Assembly: GCA_018335975.1 (NCBI GenBank)
Contig: JAGXRH010000002.1
Span: 1-63,342 of the forward strand
Origin: Ignavibacteriales bacterium
GTDB lineage: Bacteria > Bacteroidota > Ignavibacteria > UBA10030 > F1-140-MAGs086
Direction: 5' to 3'
DNA: 63,342 nucleotides
Both the position numbers and the translations under genes were made by a program. The notes beneath the pieces are model-generated. The model had not been told where the DNA came from, searched no databases, and worked only from the letters and a program-made list of their open reading frames with translations. Every line of letters starts with the position of its first letter. The stretch's first letter is position 1. Below are positions 1 through 10,669 of this stretch, piece after piece.

Positions 1-3000
1 CTATAAATCCGTGATGACTTTTAACAATGCCGTACACCACAGCGAGACCTAACCCGGTTCCCCGCCCCCGTTCCTTCGTTGTAAAAAATGGTTCGAAGAT
101 TCGCGTTCGCGTCGCTTCATCCATTCCGGTTCCGGTATCGCTCAAACTCACGCGAACGTACGATGCATCAGTTGCGTCGAAGAAACGCTCGCGCAGTTTG
201 CTTCCATCAAGTATTGATGTGGAAAGCGAAAGCGTTCCCCCTTTTGGCATTGCGTCCCGCGCATTCACGCATAAATTCAGAAACGCTTGATGTAACTGAT
301 TGGTATCACCCACGATGGAGGGTATTTGCTTTTCGAGATGTAAGACGCAGGTAATGGTTTTTGGAAACGTTTCCGCCGTCATTTTTTTCAATTCTTCAAA
401 AATTGAATTAAGGTTGACTGATTCAAGAAGCGGTTCGTTCTTTCTCGCAAAGGTGAGGAGTTGTTTCACCAAACTTGCTCCGCGCGATACCGCCTTCGAA
501 ATTGAGTCAACACTTTGCGAGAACTTCGCCGGGTCGCTTTTTTGTCGTTCAAGCAGAGACGAGTACCCCATAATAATGCCGAGCAAATTATTGAAATCAT
601 GCGCGATACCACCGGCAAGCGTACCGATGCTTTCCATTTTTTGCGCCTGAAGAAGTTGCTGTTCCAATTTCTTTTGTTCGGTAATATCCCGGAGGATGCC
701 GCGATAGGCAACAACGGCGCCTTTCTGATTGCGGACGGCGATAGATGTTTCGAGAACGGTGCGGCGCTGTCCATCTTTTCGTTTTATAGAAAACTCAAAA
801 TCCTTGACGAACCCCTGTTGTTCGAGTCGCTGTTTTACTTTTTCGCGGTCGGTTGAACTCGAATATAAATCTTTTGCAATGTTCACCTCGAGGAGTTCCT
901 CTTTCGAGTCATAACCAAATAACTCAACGCCGGCAGGGTTTACATCCACAAGTTGACCTCCGGGGGTGCTAATAAAGATACCATCTTTCGATTCTTCAAA
1001 CAGGTTGCGGTACCGCTCTTCCGAAATTTTTGTTTGTTCGAATAACAATGCATTGTGAATGGAGAGCGAAGCATGGCTCATAAATAATTTTATCCATTCA
1101 AATTCTTCTGCCGTAAATTCCGGGTCGGCGTTTCGAACAATATTGATGACCCCGAGATTTTTTTCTTTCGTCCGTACAGGAATACTAACCAAATGTTCGC
1201 AGGGAATTTTGGTTCCGGGAGGATAAATAGAACGCGGGTCGAGATGGGCATTGTTCACCAATTCGCTTTTCCCCGAACGTACGACATCGCTTAGGATTCC
1301 CTGTCCTAACGGAATAATCCACTCGGAAAATTTTTCGGTTATCCATTCTGCGCCAAGCGCGACCGATGGGCGAAGCACATTCTCTTCCTCGTCGAGCCAA
1401 TAGAGTGCGCATACATCGAAATGTAAAGCCGTTTTCAGCGATTGAATGATACGGTCGAGCAGCTCTCCCAGCGAAAGAGTAGAAAGAAATGTTTCTGACG
1501 CTTCGAGCAATTGCTTCCGCTGGTCGGAAAGTTTGAGGAGCGTGAGTTCCGCTTTTTTCTGCTCCGTTATATCTTTTGCAATAATGATTCTCGCTTTTCG
1601 TCCCGCAAAATCAATAGGATGGGCTGATATCTCGACATCAATCACTGCGCCGCTTTTTGTCCGATGATGGAATTGACCAACGTTTAGTTTGTCGGGGAAA
1701 ATTTGCCGGAGGTGCTCGGTTAATTTTGGAACCTCACCTTCGGGACGAATATCTTTGATGGTCATTGATAAAAATTCTTCACGTGTGTATCCGTAACGGA
1801 AAACCGCCGCATCATTTATTGCTAAAAATTTGAGGGTTTCAAAATCATACACCCACATCGGTTCGGGATTGGATTCGAAGAGAAGGCGATACCGCGACTC
1901 ACTTTCTTTCAATTGCTCTTCCCACTGTTTCCGGAAGGTGATATCTACGTACAGCCGGTACGACTGCGAATGATTTTCTTCGATATTGATAGGAACGCCA
2001 AAAACGTGAACGTTGATAAGCGAGCCGTCTTTCCGTTTTCGCACCGATTCTTTATCAAATGTTTTACCTTCATTTGTTAAGCGAGAGAATAATTTTGCCT
2101 CCTCGGAAAAGTGTTCGGGTAAAATCATTGACTGAATGTTCTTACCGAGCATTTCTTCAAGCGTGTAGTGAAAAATCGTTTCAAAACTTTTGTTTGCGTG
2201 GAGTACGCGCTCATATTCGTCGAGCATTACGATTCCAATGGGAGAATTCTCGAACAACGTCCGAAACTTTTTCTCGGATGCTTGTTTTGTTTCTTCCGCC
2301 CGTTTGATGTCCGAAACATCGCGTGAGATTCCCATAAATCCCAACAGTTCTCCTTCCGCGTTGTGGAGTACGGATGCCGAAAGAAAGGTTGAAAACGTTT
2401 CTCCGTTTTTTTTACGGTTTACGATTTCTTCAACACAGCGTCCATTCGCAAGCGTGGTGGTGTACACTTTTTGCCCCTGGTCGGAATCTGCATACAGCAT
2501 ACTCACATGTTTTCCCAGCACCTCTTTGCGGGTGTATCCGAAGATTTCTTCGGCGGCGCGGTTGAACTCAACGATATGGCGATTTTTATCAACCGTAATA
2601 ATCATATCGAGCGAACTCTCGAAAATGTTGCGCAGGTATTCTTCCGATAATCGCAGTGAATCTTTCACCTCCCGTTGCCCTAATACGCTTTTGATTGCCG
2701 GAACAATGCGGTTGATATGTCCTTTCGTAACATAGTCTGAAACGCCGGCTTTCATACACTCAACTGCCGTTTCTTCATTCATAGAACCGGTGAGAATGAT
2801 AAACGGAACAGAGGGAACAAGTTCTTTTGCAAGGAGAAATGCCGCCATCCCGTCAAACGTAGGATTGCCGAGTTGAAAATCGGAAATTATTATATCGGGG
2901 GTAGAATCTTTAAGGGCTTGAACAAAATCACGTTTTGTTTTCACCAAGGTTGGGGTGAAAGAAATTTTTTCTTTCTGTAATGCCTGATAGAGGAGTTCAA

Positions 3001-3049
3001 CATCTATCGGCGAGTCTTCGAGGACAATAAGTTGTAGCGGTTTCTTCAT
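1..3049 (-). CDS. Hybrid response regulator / multi-PAS-GAF sensor histidine kinase, C-terminus cut by window edge
   Basis: Not in the ORF track because the frame never closes in-window. Reverse-strand translation from ATG (rc of 3047-3049) gives [22 protein letters not shown]...[10 protein letters not shown] (receiver domain). Several PAS-like blocks and a GAF-like block follow, then H-box [21 protein letters not shown] (about 590-650). After that come [21 protein letters not shown] and [20 protein letters not shown], running to base 2. No listed minus ORF shares this frame. Confidence 0.85.
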   Translation of the reverse strand, partial: MKKPLQLIVLEDSPIDVELLYQALQKEKISFTPTLVKTKRDFVQALKDSTPDIIISDFQLGNPTFDGMAAFLLAKELVPSVPFIILTGSMNEETAVECMKAGVSDYVTKGHINRIVPAIKSVLGQREVKDSLRLSEEYLRNIFESSLDMIITVDKNRHIVEFNRAAEEIFGYTRKEVLGKHVSMLYADSDQGQKVYTTTLANGRCVEEIVNRKKNGETFSTFLSASVLHNAEGELLGFMGISRDVSDIKRAEETKQASEKKFRTLFENSPIGIVMLDEYERVLHANKSFETIFHYTLEEMLGKNIQSMILPEHFSEEAKLFSRLTNEGKTFDKESVRKRKDGSLINVHVFGVPINIEENHSQSYRLYVDITFRKQWEEQLKESESRYRLLFESNPEPMWVYDFETLKFLAINDAAVFRYGYTREEFLSMTIKDIRPEGEVPKLTEHLRQIFPDKLNVGQFHHRTKSGAVIDVEISAHPIDFAGRKARIIIAKDITEQKKAELTLLKLSDQRKQLLEASETFLSTLSLGELLDRIIQSLKTALHFDVCALYWLDEEENVLRPSVALGAEWITEKFSEWIIPLGQGILSDVVRSGKSELVNNAHLDPRSIYPPGTKIPCEHLVSIPVRTKEKNLGVINIVRNADPEFTAEEFEWIKLFMSHASLSIHNALLFEQTKISEERYRNLFEESKDGIFISTPGGQLVDVNPAGVELFGYDSKEELLEVNIAKDLYSSSTDREKVKQRLEQQGFVKDFEFSIKRKDGQRRTVLETSIAVRNQKGAVVAYRGILRDITEQKKLEQQLLQAQKMESIGTLAGGIAHDFNNLLGIIMGYSSLLERQKSDPAKFSQSVDSISKAVSRGASLVKQLLTFARKNEPLLESVNLNSIFEELKKMTAETFPKTITCVLHLEKQIPSIVGDTNQLHQAFLNLCVNARDAMPKGGTLSLSTSILDGSKLRERFFDATDASYVRVSLSDTGTGMDEATRTRIFEPFFTTKERGRGTGLGLAVVYGIVKSHHGFI

Positions 3050-3272
3050 TCAGAGTGTTAGGGTACAATAAACATATTCCTCTCGCTTTTCTGAAAAATT
3101 GGAATGTAAAGTAGGAAAGATTTATCTAATAATGTATTGTTCGGACTTCTTTAAAAAAGAAATAATCTAACGGTAAGCCTGAATCAGTACCTGATGTTGG
3201 GTGATTGAGAAAATTCGGATTTAGGATGTATGCCTGATTGATTCCGACAAAAGATATGCGTAACAAGCAATG

Positions 3273-4166
3273 TTACTTCCCGATTTTATCTTTATACTCG
3301 TCGTAGGTTTTTTGATGCGATGGGTCATACGTATTGAGGCGGGCGTACACCGAGGGGTCGTTCATTTGCAGAAAGGTTTCGGCAATTTCCAGATACTTTG
3401 TATCAAAGAAAAGTTTGATCGCGTAACTGCGAGCATTGAGTTTGGTACGGAGTTTTGCCACCGCTTCCAACGCGGTGAGAATATTATTCAGCGCTTCGTT
3501 TTTCTTTTCGGCAAGAAGGTCGAGACCATTGTAATGGTAGTGAAACACCGCGTCGCGAAACGGGGTAAAAGAAGGACCGAGCAATTCATTGATAAGTTCG
3601 ACACGATTATAATTTCCCCCGCCGGTCGCATCCCATCCCTTTGATGCAGAACCGGCGAAGACAGCAATACTTGTTGCTTTCTGATAATATTTTGTTCCCC
3701 CGCGTTTTGCATACGTATCGGCATCATAGCCAAGCACGAGGTACATATAGAAATCCAGAAAACTTGCCATCTCATCAAAACGGCTTTCATTATGGTCAAT
3801 GCGTTGATTGCGGGCGAACGTAAATTCCCACTTATCGTCGGCAATGCGCACTTCGATGGAGTTTTTTTTCGATTTGTACACCGGACGCTGACTTCCGATA
3901 AAAATTTGGGCGCGATAACGGTTTTCTCCTTCGCCATTTAAGAAAACAATGTTCAAAGCGCATTTGATTTTATCGAAACCCCAATCTTCTCCGGTCCAGC
4001 GATAATCGTTGACGTATTGTTCAACACTTTGTTCGAAGTTCGCAACATTCTCGCGGAACCGGTCGGAGAGATTGGTAACGTCAACAGTAACGTCGCAATC
4101 AAATTCCTGCGCAGAAAGCGTTGAATAGAAAAAGAAAACAAGGAGGAGCGAGAGATAGTATTTCAT
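3273..4166 (-). CDS. DUF4835-family protein (family annotated by some as T9SS PorD)
   Basis: ORF 3273-4229, started here at the internal ATG (rc 4164-4166) giving signal peptide MKYYLSLLLVFFFYSTLSAQEF. Blocks AQEFDCDVTVD, WTGEDW..IKCALNI, IGSQRPVY, FLDFYMYLVLGYDADTY..GG and YHYNGLD match my recollection of DUF4835. Confidence 0.65.
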   Translation of the reverse strand: MKYYLSLLLVFFFYSTLSAQEFDCDVTVDVTNLSDRFRENVANFEQSVEQYVNDYRWTGEDWGFDKIKCALNIVFLNGEGENRYRAQIFIGSQRPVYKSKKNSIEVRIADDKWEFTFARNQRIDHNESRFDEMASFLDFYMYLVLGYDADTYAKRGGTKYYQKATSIAVFAGSASKGWDATGGGNYNRVELINELLGPSFTPFRDAVFHYHYNGLDLLAEKKNEALNNILTALEAVAKLRTKLNARSYAIKLFFDTKYLEIAETFLQMNDPSVYARLNTYDPSHQKTYDEYKDKIGK

Positions 4167-4229
4167 ACGTTTGCCAAATTGTTGGGGAGAATATATCGAA
4201 AACAGTAGTGTTGAGAAATAAAGTTTCAA

Positions 4230-4958
4230 TTAAATGCTTTTCACACCATCGGCTAACGCGGTTAAAGCGGCAGAAACGGCATACACATTTTTTGCACCCG
4301 AAGCTTTCAGAGCGGAGGAGGCGGAAGAAACCGTTGCGCCGGTTGTAATAACGTCGTCAACAAGAAGAACCGTTTTGTTCGCTATTTCTTTTTGAAACTT
4401 GTTCTTCACGACAAAAACATCGTTCACATTTTCCCGCCTTTCCTGAAACTTGAGTTTCGTTTGCGATTGCGTGTATTTGGTGCGCGAAAGAAATTTTGTT
4501 GCAACGGAAATTTTCGTGACAGAAGAAATTCCTCGCGCGATAAAATCGCTTTGATTGTAACCGCGTTCTTTCAATTTCGTTTTGTGCAGCGGAATGGGAA
4601 TGAGATAATCTGCAGAAACAAATTGTGGAAGCGATAGTAATTTTCCTCCAACGCGTTTTCCGAGTGCGATGCCGAACGAAGTTTTTTCTTCGTATTTCAA
4701 TTGGTGAACGATGTCCTGTAACCGTTCATTCTTTTCAAAAAGAAAACACGCCGTAAAATCATCTACGTTCATTGAGTGAAGTTGTCCTCGCTTCTCACAA
4801 AGTTCTTCGGAAGCGTATTCGAGCATAGGAATTTCTGTCCAGCATTTGTTGCAAATGCGGAGTTGGTTCCCGTTCAAATTTTCTTTGCAGAGGAAACAGA
4901 TGTTGGGAAAAACAAAATCGCGGAAGGCAACAAGAGTGGAGCGAAGCACGGTAAGCAT
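4230..4958 (-). CDS. ComF-family phosphoribosyltransferase-like protein
   Basis: Cys-rich N-terminus FPNICFLCKE...CNKCW and PRTase signature VLLVDDVITTGATV near the C-terminus. Start moved to the internal ATG (MLTVLRS). Confidence 0.75.
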   Translation of the reverse strand: MLTVLRSTLVAFRDFVFPNICFLCKENLNGNQLRICNKCWTEIPMLEYASEELCEKRGQLHSMNVDDFTACFLFEKNERLQDIVHQLKYEEKTSFGIALGKRVGGKLLSLPQFVSADYLIPIPLHKTKLKERGYNQSDFIARGISSVTKISVATKFLSRTKYTQSQTKLKFQERRENVNDVFVVKNKFQKEIANKTVLLVDDVITTGATVSSASSALKASGAKNVYAVSAALTALADGVKSI

Positions 4959-5078
4959 AGAGCAAGGCGATATGCGTTTATTTTTTTCGGTGGAGAATAT
5001 AAAAAATAGAGAATACAAAAGTAAATGCCAACCAAATTGTAAAAGAAGAAAACGTTTTGTATGTTTTGTCTAAGAAAA

Positions 5079-5321
5079 ATGAACTGTAAAAAATGTAATT
5101 CAGTTTTACCGGAAAGAGTTTTGTTCTGCCCTCAATGTAATGAGGTCGTTAATAAATCGCTTGGTTCGCTCGCCCCGAGAACCGAAGAAAAACTCAAGAA
5201 AGAACCATTTAAATTAAAGCATCTACTACCAGAAGATGACGGTTCAATTGGTTGTTTATTTATAATCGTTTTGGCTCTCGTTTTGGTTCTCTTTGGCTTT
5301 ATTTGGTTGTTTGTTCCTTGA
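5079..5321 (+). CDS. Small zinc-ribbon membrane protein (hypothetical)
   Basis: MNCKKCNSVLPERVLFCPQCNEV is a CxxC-N12-CxxC zinc ribbon. C-terminal hydrophobic helix CLFIIVLALVLVLFGFIWLFV. No family call possible. Confidence 0.45.
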   Translation: MNCKKCNSVLPERVLFCPQCNEVVNKSLGSLAPRTEEKLKKEPFKLKHLLPEDDGSIGCLFIIVLALVLVLFGFIWLFVP

Positions 5322-5349
5322 CAAAAGCAATTATTAGGATTACGTAAAG

Positions 5350-7362
5350 TCACTTCTTCTGTAAATTTTTCAACCTCTCAATCTCATCTCTCAATTGCGC
5401 CGCGCGTTCAAACTCTAAATCTTTTGCGGCGCGTTTCATTTCGGTTTCAAGCTCTTCCAGCAAATCTTTTTTCTGCTCGCTTGAAAGATAACGAACAACA
5501 CTTTCGGCGACAATCGGCATTCGTTCTCTTCTGTCTTCTTTCGCTTGTCGAATATCTGCAACCGAAGTTGCGGACATAATTTCTTCCGTTGTTTTGTAAA
5601 TTGTTTTCGGTTGAATGTTATTTGCTTCGTTGTACGCAATTTGTTTCGTTCTTCGCCGCGAAGTTTCGTTCATCATTCGCGACATTGAGCCGGTGTTTTT
5701 ATCCGCGTACAAAATTACTTTTCCATTCACGTTGCGCGCTGTTCTTCCAGCAGTTTGAATGAGCGATTTTTCCGAACGCAAAAATCCTTCTTTGTCCGCA
5801 TCCAAAATTGCAACGAGCGAAACTTCCGGCAAATCCAATCCTTCGCGCAATAAGTTCACGCCAATAAGCACATCAAAATTTCCTAAACGCAAATCGCGCA
5901 AAATTTCTACACGCTCCAACGAATCAATATCGCTGTGAATATATCGTACACGGATTTTTATGTTCGCAAGATATTCCGATAAATCTTCCGCCATTCGTTT
6001 CGTGAGCGTTGTAACGAGAATTCTTTCATTGCGTTTTGTCCGCTCGCGAATTTCTGCAATCAAATCATCAATCTGATTTTTAATCGGGCGAATAACAACT
6101 TCCGGGTCAACCAATCCCGTCGGACGAATTACTTGTTCAACAACAACGCCTTTGCATTTTTCAAGTTCGTAATTGCTCGGCGTTGCGGAAACAAAAATAA
6201 GTTGATGCGCGGAGCGTTCCCATTCATCAAACGTCAGCGGACGATTATCGAGCGCAGATGGCAAACGAAATCCCCATTCAACAAGCGTTGTTTTGCGCGA
6301 ACGGTCGCCGTGATACATTCCTTGAATTTGCGGAACGCTCACATGCGACTCATCCATCACAAGCAAAAAATCTTTAGGAAAATAATCGAGCAAACAAAAC
6401 GGACGTGAACCCGGAGGACGACCAGCGAGATGACGCGAATAATTTTCTATTCCCGAACAATAGCCGACTTCTTTCATCATCGTAATATCGAACATCGTGC
6501 GTTGTTCGAGCCGCTGCGCTTCAACGAGTTTATTTTCATCGCGAAGATATTTTAATCGCTCATCAAGTTCAATGACAATTCCTTCAATTGCATTTTCAAT
6601 TGATGTTCGGGAAGTGATAAATTGTTTTGCGGGATAAATGACTGCGCTTTCAGTTTCTTGCAAAACTTTTCCCGTGAGTGCATTGATGGAAGAAATTCTA
6701 TCAATCTCATCGCCGAAAAATTCTATACGAAACGCTTCTTCATTTTCGTACGACGGAACAATTTCCACCACATCACCGCGAACTCGAAACGTTCCGCGCG
6801 TAAATTCAAAATCATTTCTTACATAATGAATTTCCGAAAGTGCGCGAAGAAAATTATTGCGAGCAATGTTCTGATTTTTTTTTGCAACGACGATTGATTG
6901 TATCCATTCATCCGGCGCACCGATTCCGTAAATGCAACTTACCGAAGCAACAACGATAACATTTTTTTCTCCGCACAACAGCGAACTCGTCGCGCGTAAA
7001 CGCAATCTATCAATTTCGGAATTGACGGAAGAATCTTTCGCGATGTATGTATCGGAAGAAGGAAGATACGCTTCGGGTTGGTAGTAATCGTAGTAGGAAA
7101 TAAAAAACTCGACGTGGTCGCGCGGGAAAAACGTTTTGAACTCAGCGTAAAGTTGCGCGGCGAGTGTTTTGTTCGGCGACATTATCAGCGTTGGTTTTCC
7201 CACTTGCTGAATCACGTTGGAAATAGTAAATGTTTTTCCGCTTCCCGTAATGCCGAGAAGCGTTTGATATTTATCGCCGCGAAGTACGCCTTCGGTTAAT
7301 TGCCGAATCGCTTCGGGTTGGTCGCCGGAGGGAGTTAAATCGGTGGTTAAATGGAAGGGCAT
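5350..7362 (-). CDS. uvrB: Excinuclease ABC subunit B
   Basis: PSGDQPEAIRQL, Walker A GITGSGKTFT, VMDESHV box and C-terminal UVR motif AAKDLEFERAAQLRDEIERL. Start placed at MPFHLTT (7362) by analogy with UvrB N-termini; the track start is 7377. Confidence 0.95.
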   Translation of the reverse strand: MPFHLTTDLTPSGDQPEAIRQLTEGVLRGDKYQTLLGITGSGKTFTISNVIQQVGKPTLIMSPNKTLAAQLYAEFKTFFPRDHVEFFISYYDYYQPEAYLPSSDTYIAKDSSVNSEIDRLRLRATSSLLCGEKNVIVVASVSCIYGIGAPDEWIQSIVVAKKNQNIARNNFLRALSEIHYVRNDFEFTRGTFRVRGDVVEIVPSYENEEAFRIEFFGDEIDRISSINALTGKVLQETESAVIYPAKQFITSRTSIENAIEGIVIELDERLKYLRDENKLVEAQRLEQRTMFDITMMKEVGYCSGIENYSRHLAGRPPGSRPFCLLDYFPKDFLLVMDESHVSVPQIQGMYHGDRSRKTTLVEWGFRLPSALDNRPLTFDEWERSAHQLIFVSATPSNYELEKCKGVVVEQVIRPTGLVDPEVVIRPIKNQIDDLIAEIRERTKRNERILVTTLTKRMAEDLSEYLANIKIRVRYIHSDIDSLERVEILRDLRLGNFDVLIGVNLLREGLDLPEVSLVAILDADKEGFLRSEKSLIQTAGRTARNVNGKVILYADKNTGSMSRMMNETSRRRTKQIAYNEANNIQPKTIYKTTEEIMSATSVADIRQAKEDRRERMPIVAESVVRYLSSEQKKDLLEELETEMKRAAKDLEFERAAQLRDEIERLKNLQKK

Positions 7363-7366
7363 CTCA

Positions 7367-7711
7367 TTAAACACCAATGTCGCTAATTTCTACAATCTCT
7401 TCGCCCGATTGAATAAAAGAAATTGCGCGTTGAAATGTTTTTTCAAGAATTGATTTCAAATGGTCGTTTGATGTATTCCCGGAAGTTATCCAAATGATTT
7501 GAGGTGGAATGCCCAATCGTTCCACGAGTTCAATAAAATCATCATCTTTTGTAACGACAACAACATTTTCCTTTCTTGCGGCAAAGAAAATTTCTTTATC
7601 TGTCGCATCGCGTAATCCAAGTTCTTTTACGGCGATGGAACGAATTGAAAATTTTTCTTCAATCCATTTTGCAATTGACGGAGAAAGTTGGGCGTCAATC
7701 CATAACGTCAT
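7367..7711 (-). CDS. DUF5615-family PIN-like protein (putative toxin)
   Basis: MTLWIDAQLSP...DKEIFFAARKENVVVVTKDDDFIEL...PPQIIWI pattern of DUF5615/Mut7-C-like proteins. ATGA overlap (7708-7711) with the upstream DUF433 gene. Confidence 0.7.
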   Translation of the reverse strand: MTLWIDAQLSPSIAKWIEEKFSIRSIAVKELGLRDATDKEIFFAARKENVVVVTKDDDFIELVERLGIPPQIIWITSGNTSNDHLKSILEKTFQRAISFIQSGEEIVEISDIGV

Positions 7712-7932
7712 ACTGCGAGAACGGGATGGTCAATGCGTATCCGAGCGTATTTCAAACACGCTTCCAAATCTGCCGATTCTAAGTCGGGAAGTTCCTCGAG
7801 GATTTGTTCTTTGCTTAATCCGGCAATAAACAAATCCAAAACATCGCTGACACGAATACGCATATTGCGAACACACGGTCTCCCGCCGCATTGTTCAGGA
7901 TTGACTGTAATTCGGTTGAGTAAGTTGTTCAT
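7708..7932 (-). CDS. DUF433-family protein (putative antitoxin)
   Basis: NPEQCGGRPCVRNMRIRVSDVLDL...LSKEQILEELPDL matches the DUF433 consensus as I recall it. Translationally coupled to the PIN-like gene. Confidence 0.7.
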   Translation of the reverse strand: MNNLLNRITVNPEQCGGRPCVRNMRIRVSDVLDLFIAGLSKEQILEELPDLESADLEACLKYARIRIDHPVLAV

Positions 7933-7953
7933 AAAAAATTTGAAATTTATTTA

Positions 7954-9006
7954 TTATTTCACCTTCGAAAGTTCTTCCTTCAAATAATCAATAACTTCCA
8001 CAGGTGTTGGGTTTACGTTATTGAGAATTGCGAGATAGAAACTCATCCAATCACCGAGATGAATGAGTGAGAACATTCGTGTGAGATTTGATTTTCCTTC
8101 GCTCCAACATTCTTCCACACCTGAGGCGTATTTGCCAACGATTTCTTTCATAATGTTCATTCGAAGTCCTACACGTTTGTGGTCTTTGCTATCGCGGAGG
8201 AAAATGACAGTCATATCTCTCATTTGATTTTTCAAAACTTTCCATCCAACGAGTTCATTGTGATTCATTTCGGGAATTACGTGACCGAAAGAAAGCGCTT
8301 TCGAGTTTTCGCATATTTGTCCGCGCCAGCGATAACCGACAACATCAAATCTATCCGCGCCGCTATACACAATCGGAAGTTTGCCATACAATTTTTCTGC
8401 AAGCGCCAGCGATGGATTTTGTTTTGCATCAAGCGAAGAATATTGCTCGCCTTTTTGTTTGAGCATTTGTAACGTCTCTTTGATTTCTCCGTCTTTCGAT
8501 TTTATTAAACCAAGCCTCGCAAATAAAACAAGTGTTGGAAAAAATGAATATCCCAAAGCTGCGCGTGGTGGAAACCCGGGAGGAAGTTTCACAAACATCT
8601 GTCCGTTTTTCTTAGCGAGTTTTTCTGTTTCGCCGTTAGTGGAAAGACAAATCACCGTTGCTTTGCGTTTGATTGCGTCTTTGTGAGCAGCGATTGTTTC
8701 TTCCGTGTTGCCGGAATAACTTGAAATAATGACGAGTGAATCCTTATCAACATAATTCGGTAAAACGTAATGGCGACAAATTTGCATCGGAATACTGAGT
8801 TCGTCTGCAAGATACGTTCGCAGTAAATCACCGCCGATTGCAGAACCGCCAAGCCCAGCAACAACAATATTTTTCGGCTTCTTGAATTTTTTCAGAAGCG
8901 TTGCATTCTTTCCGATTTGCACTGCTTCGGTAACCTGTTGATGAAAATTTTGCAGCATCGCGCGCATATTTCTTGAGTCGAGTGTGAGAAATTGTAATTC
9001 GTTCAT
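7954..9006 (-). CDS. Bifunctional phosphoglucose/phosphomannose isomerase (SIS domain)
   Basis: VVAGLGGSAIGGD, ISSYSGNTEET and PPRAALGY. About 350 aa, the single-SIS architecture of the PGI/PMI family. Confidence 0.8.
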   Translation of the reverse strand: MNELQFLTLDSRNMRAMLQNFHQQVTEAVQIGKNATLLKKFKKPKNIVVAGLGGSAIGGDLLRTYLADELSIPMQICRHYVLPNYVDKDSLVIISSYSGNTEETIAAHKDAIKRKATVICLSTNGETEKLAKKNGQMFVKLPPGFPPRAALGYSFFPTLVLFARLGLIKSKDGEIKETLQMLKQKGEQYSSLDAKQNPSLALAEKLYGKLPIVYSGADRFDVVGYRWRGQICENSKALSFGHVIPEMNHNELVGWKVLKNQMRDMTVIFLRDSKDHKRVGLRMNIMKEIVGKYASGVEECWSEGKSNLTRMFSLIHLGDWMSFYLAILNNVNPTPVEVIDYLKEELSKVK

Positions 9007-9050
9007 TTGAAATTCTCCAGAAAAGTTGTTAATAAAATGAAAATCGTGCG

Positions 9051-10544
9051 GTGAAAATACAGAATATTTGTGGAAATTACGAGAGTGCCGCTATCGTTTT
9101 TTCTCCCCGCGAATTTTTCAGTATCTTTTGCCCCGTGAATTTAGAAGAAGACAATAATCCACCGCAGGAGGCACCTTTCAGCGACGCCCCTTCCCCCTCG
9201 TTGTTTCCCATAGAATCAAAAACGGAATCAATTCGAGAAGGGAGCGCCGTATCTCAGGAAAATTCTGAACGGAGGACTGAGAATACAACTCAAAGAAACA
9301 ATACCCAATTCACCCGAAACAATAAGCCGCGCACCAGCGAACAATCACAATCTGAACAAAAAATACGAATGCCACAAGACACTTTAAACGAAACGACAGG
9401 AACAACAACTCCTGAAACAGAAACACGCTCCGCAAATGCAGAAGACACTCAACGCCAACGCTTTGGAAAAGACCGCAGACGAGAACGCCCTTTTGATGAC
9501 CGACGACAACAGCAACAACAACGCCCTCAAAGAAAAGACCAGCGCGACCAACGTGAAGCCCGTGATACGCGCGAGCCACGGGAACCCCGCGAACAAAAAG
9601 ATTCCCGCGAAGATGCGCAGTCTGTTTCTATTGTCATTCCTCTGTATAACGAAGAAGAATCACTCCGCGAGTTATCCCAAAAGTTACGGGAAACACTTTC
9701 GCGGTATAATCGCTACGAAATAATTTTTGTTGACGATGGAAGCACGGATGATTCCGCTTCCGTCATTCGTCAACTCCGCACACGCGACCACCACATCAAG
9801 TATATTCGCTTTCGCCGCAACTATGGAAAATCGGCCGCACTCTCTGTCGGATTTCAACACGCCAAAGGCGACGTCATTATTACAATGGATTCGGATTTAC
9901 AAGACGAGCCATCGGAAATACCAAAACTGCTTGCAAAAATGAAAGAAGGATACGATATGGTTTCGGGTTGGAAGAAAAAACGATACGACCCGGTTTCGAA
10001 AACAATACCCTCTCGCTTTTTTAATTTTATTACCTCCTTGATGTCCGGTGTTCACCTCCACGATTTTAATTGCGGATTGAAAGCATACAAACAAGAGGTC
10101 GCAAAGTCGTTGGAAATTTACGGCGAACTTCATCGGTATATTCCGGTTCTTGCATTTCGCAACGGATATAAAGTTACCGAAGAGATTGTCGTTCATCGCC
10201 CGCGAAAATTTGGCAAGTCAAAATTCGGAGCATCGCGGTTTTGGCGTGGATTCTTTGATTTACTCACCGTGTTATTTACGACGCGGTACTTTCGCCGACC
10301 GTTACATTTCTTTGGCGGAATCGGGGCAGTAACAACTTCTGTCGGATTTCTTATAAATGCAAAACTAACGTACGATTGGTTTTTTCATAACGAAACATTG
10401 AGTAATCGTCCGCTGCTCTTTGTGGGAATGTTGCTGATGATTGTCGGCGTACAGTTATTTTCTACGGGACTCATCGGTGATATGATTTCCAAAACACATT
10501 CCACAACAGTGCAGGAATATGCAATTCGTGAAAAGCATTTATAA
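9051..10544 (+). CDS. GT2 polyprenyl-phosphate glycosyltransferase (GtrB/ArnC/DPM1-like) with long low-complexity N-terminal extension
   Basis: Core VSIVIPLYNEEESL, FVDDGSTDDS, ITMDSDLQDEP and two C-terminal TM helices. Preceded by about 190 codons rich in T/Q/R/E/D (RRQQQQQRPQRKDQRDQREARDTREPREPREQKDSRED). The track start is GTG, so the true start is uncertain. Confidence 0.8.
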   Translation: MKIQNICGNYESAAIVFSPREFFSIFCPVNLEEDNNPPQEAPFSDAPSPSLFPIESKTESIREGSAVSQENSERRTENTTQRNNTQFTRNNKPRTSEQSQSEQKIRMPQDTLNETTGTTTPETETRSANAEDTQRQRFGKDRRRERPFDDRRQQQQQRPQRKDQRDQREARDTREPREPREQKDSREDAQSVSIVIPLYNEEESLRELSQKLRETLSRYNRYEIIFVDDGSTDDSASVIRQLRTRDHHIKYIRFRRNYGKSAALSVGFQHAKGDVIITMDSDLQDEPSEIPKLLAKMKEGYDMVSGWKKKRYDPVSKTIPSRFFNFITSLMSGVHLHDFNCGLKAYKQEVAKSLEIYGELHRYIPVLAFRNGYKVTEEIVVHRPRKFGKSKFGASRFWRGFFDLLTVLFTTRYFRRPLHFFGGIGAVTTSVGFLINAKLTYDWFFHNETLSNRPLLFVGMLLMIVGVQLFSTGLIGDMISKTHSTTVQEYAIREKHL

Positions 10545-10669
10545 AGAACAATAAACAAAGTCAAAGTGATTCTAAGCCGATTTCAGAAATGAAGTTGGCT
10601 TTTTCTTTTCTCCCCTCACAATTTTTCACTATTTTTTGCGCCATAAAAATTGATTTATAAAATATACTG

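Noticed and set aside
9051-9620. The low-complexity region as a separate upstream gene, or as non-coding DNA misjoined to the GT2
   Set aside because: There is no in-frame stop between it and the catalytic core, and no alternative ATG close to the core. I keep it as one ORF with an uncertain start and report it as a finding instead.
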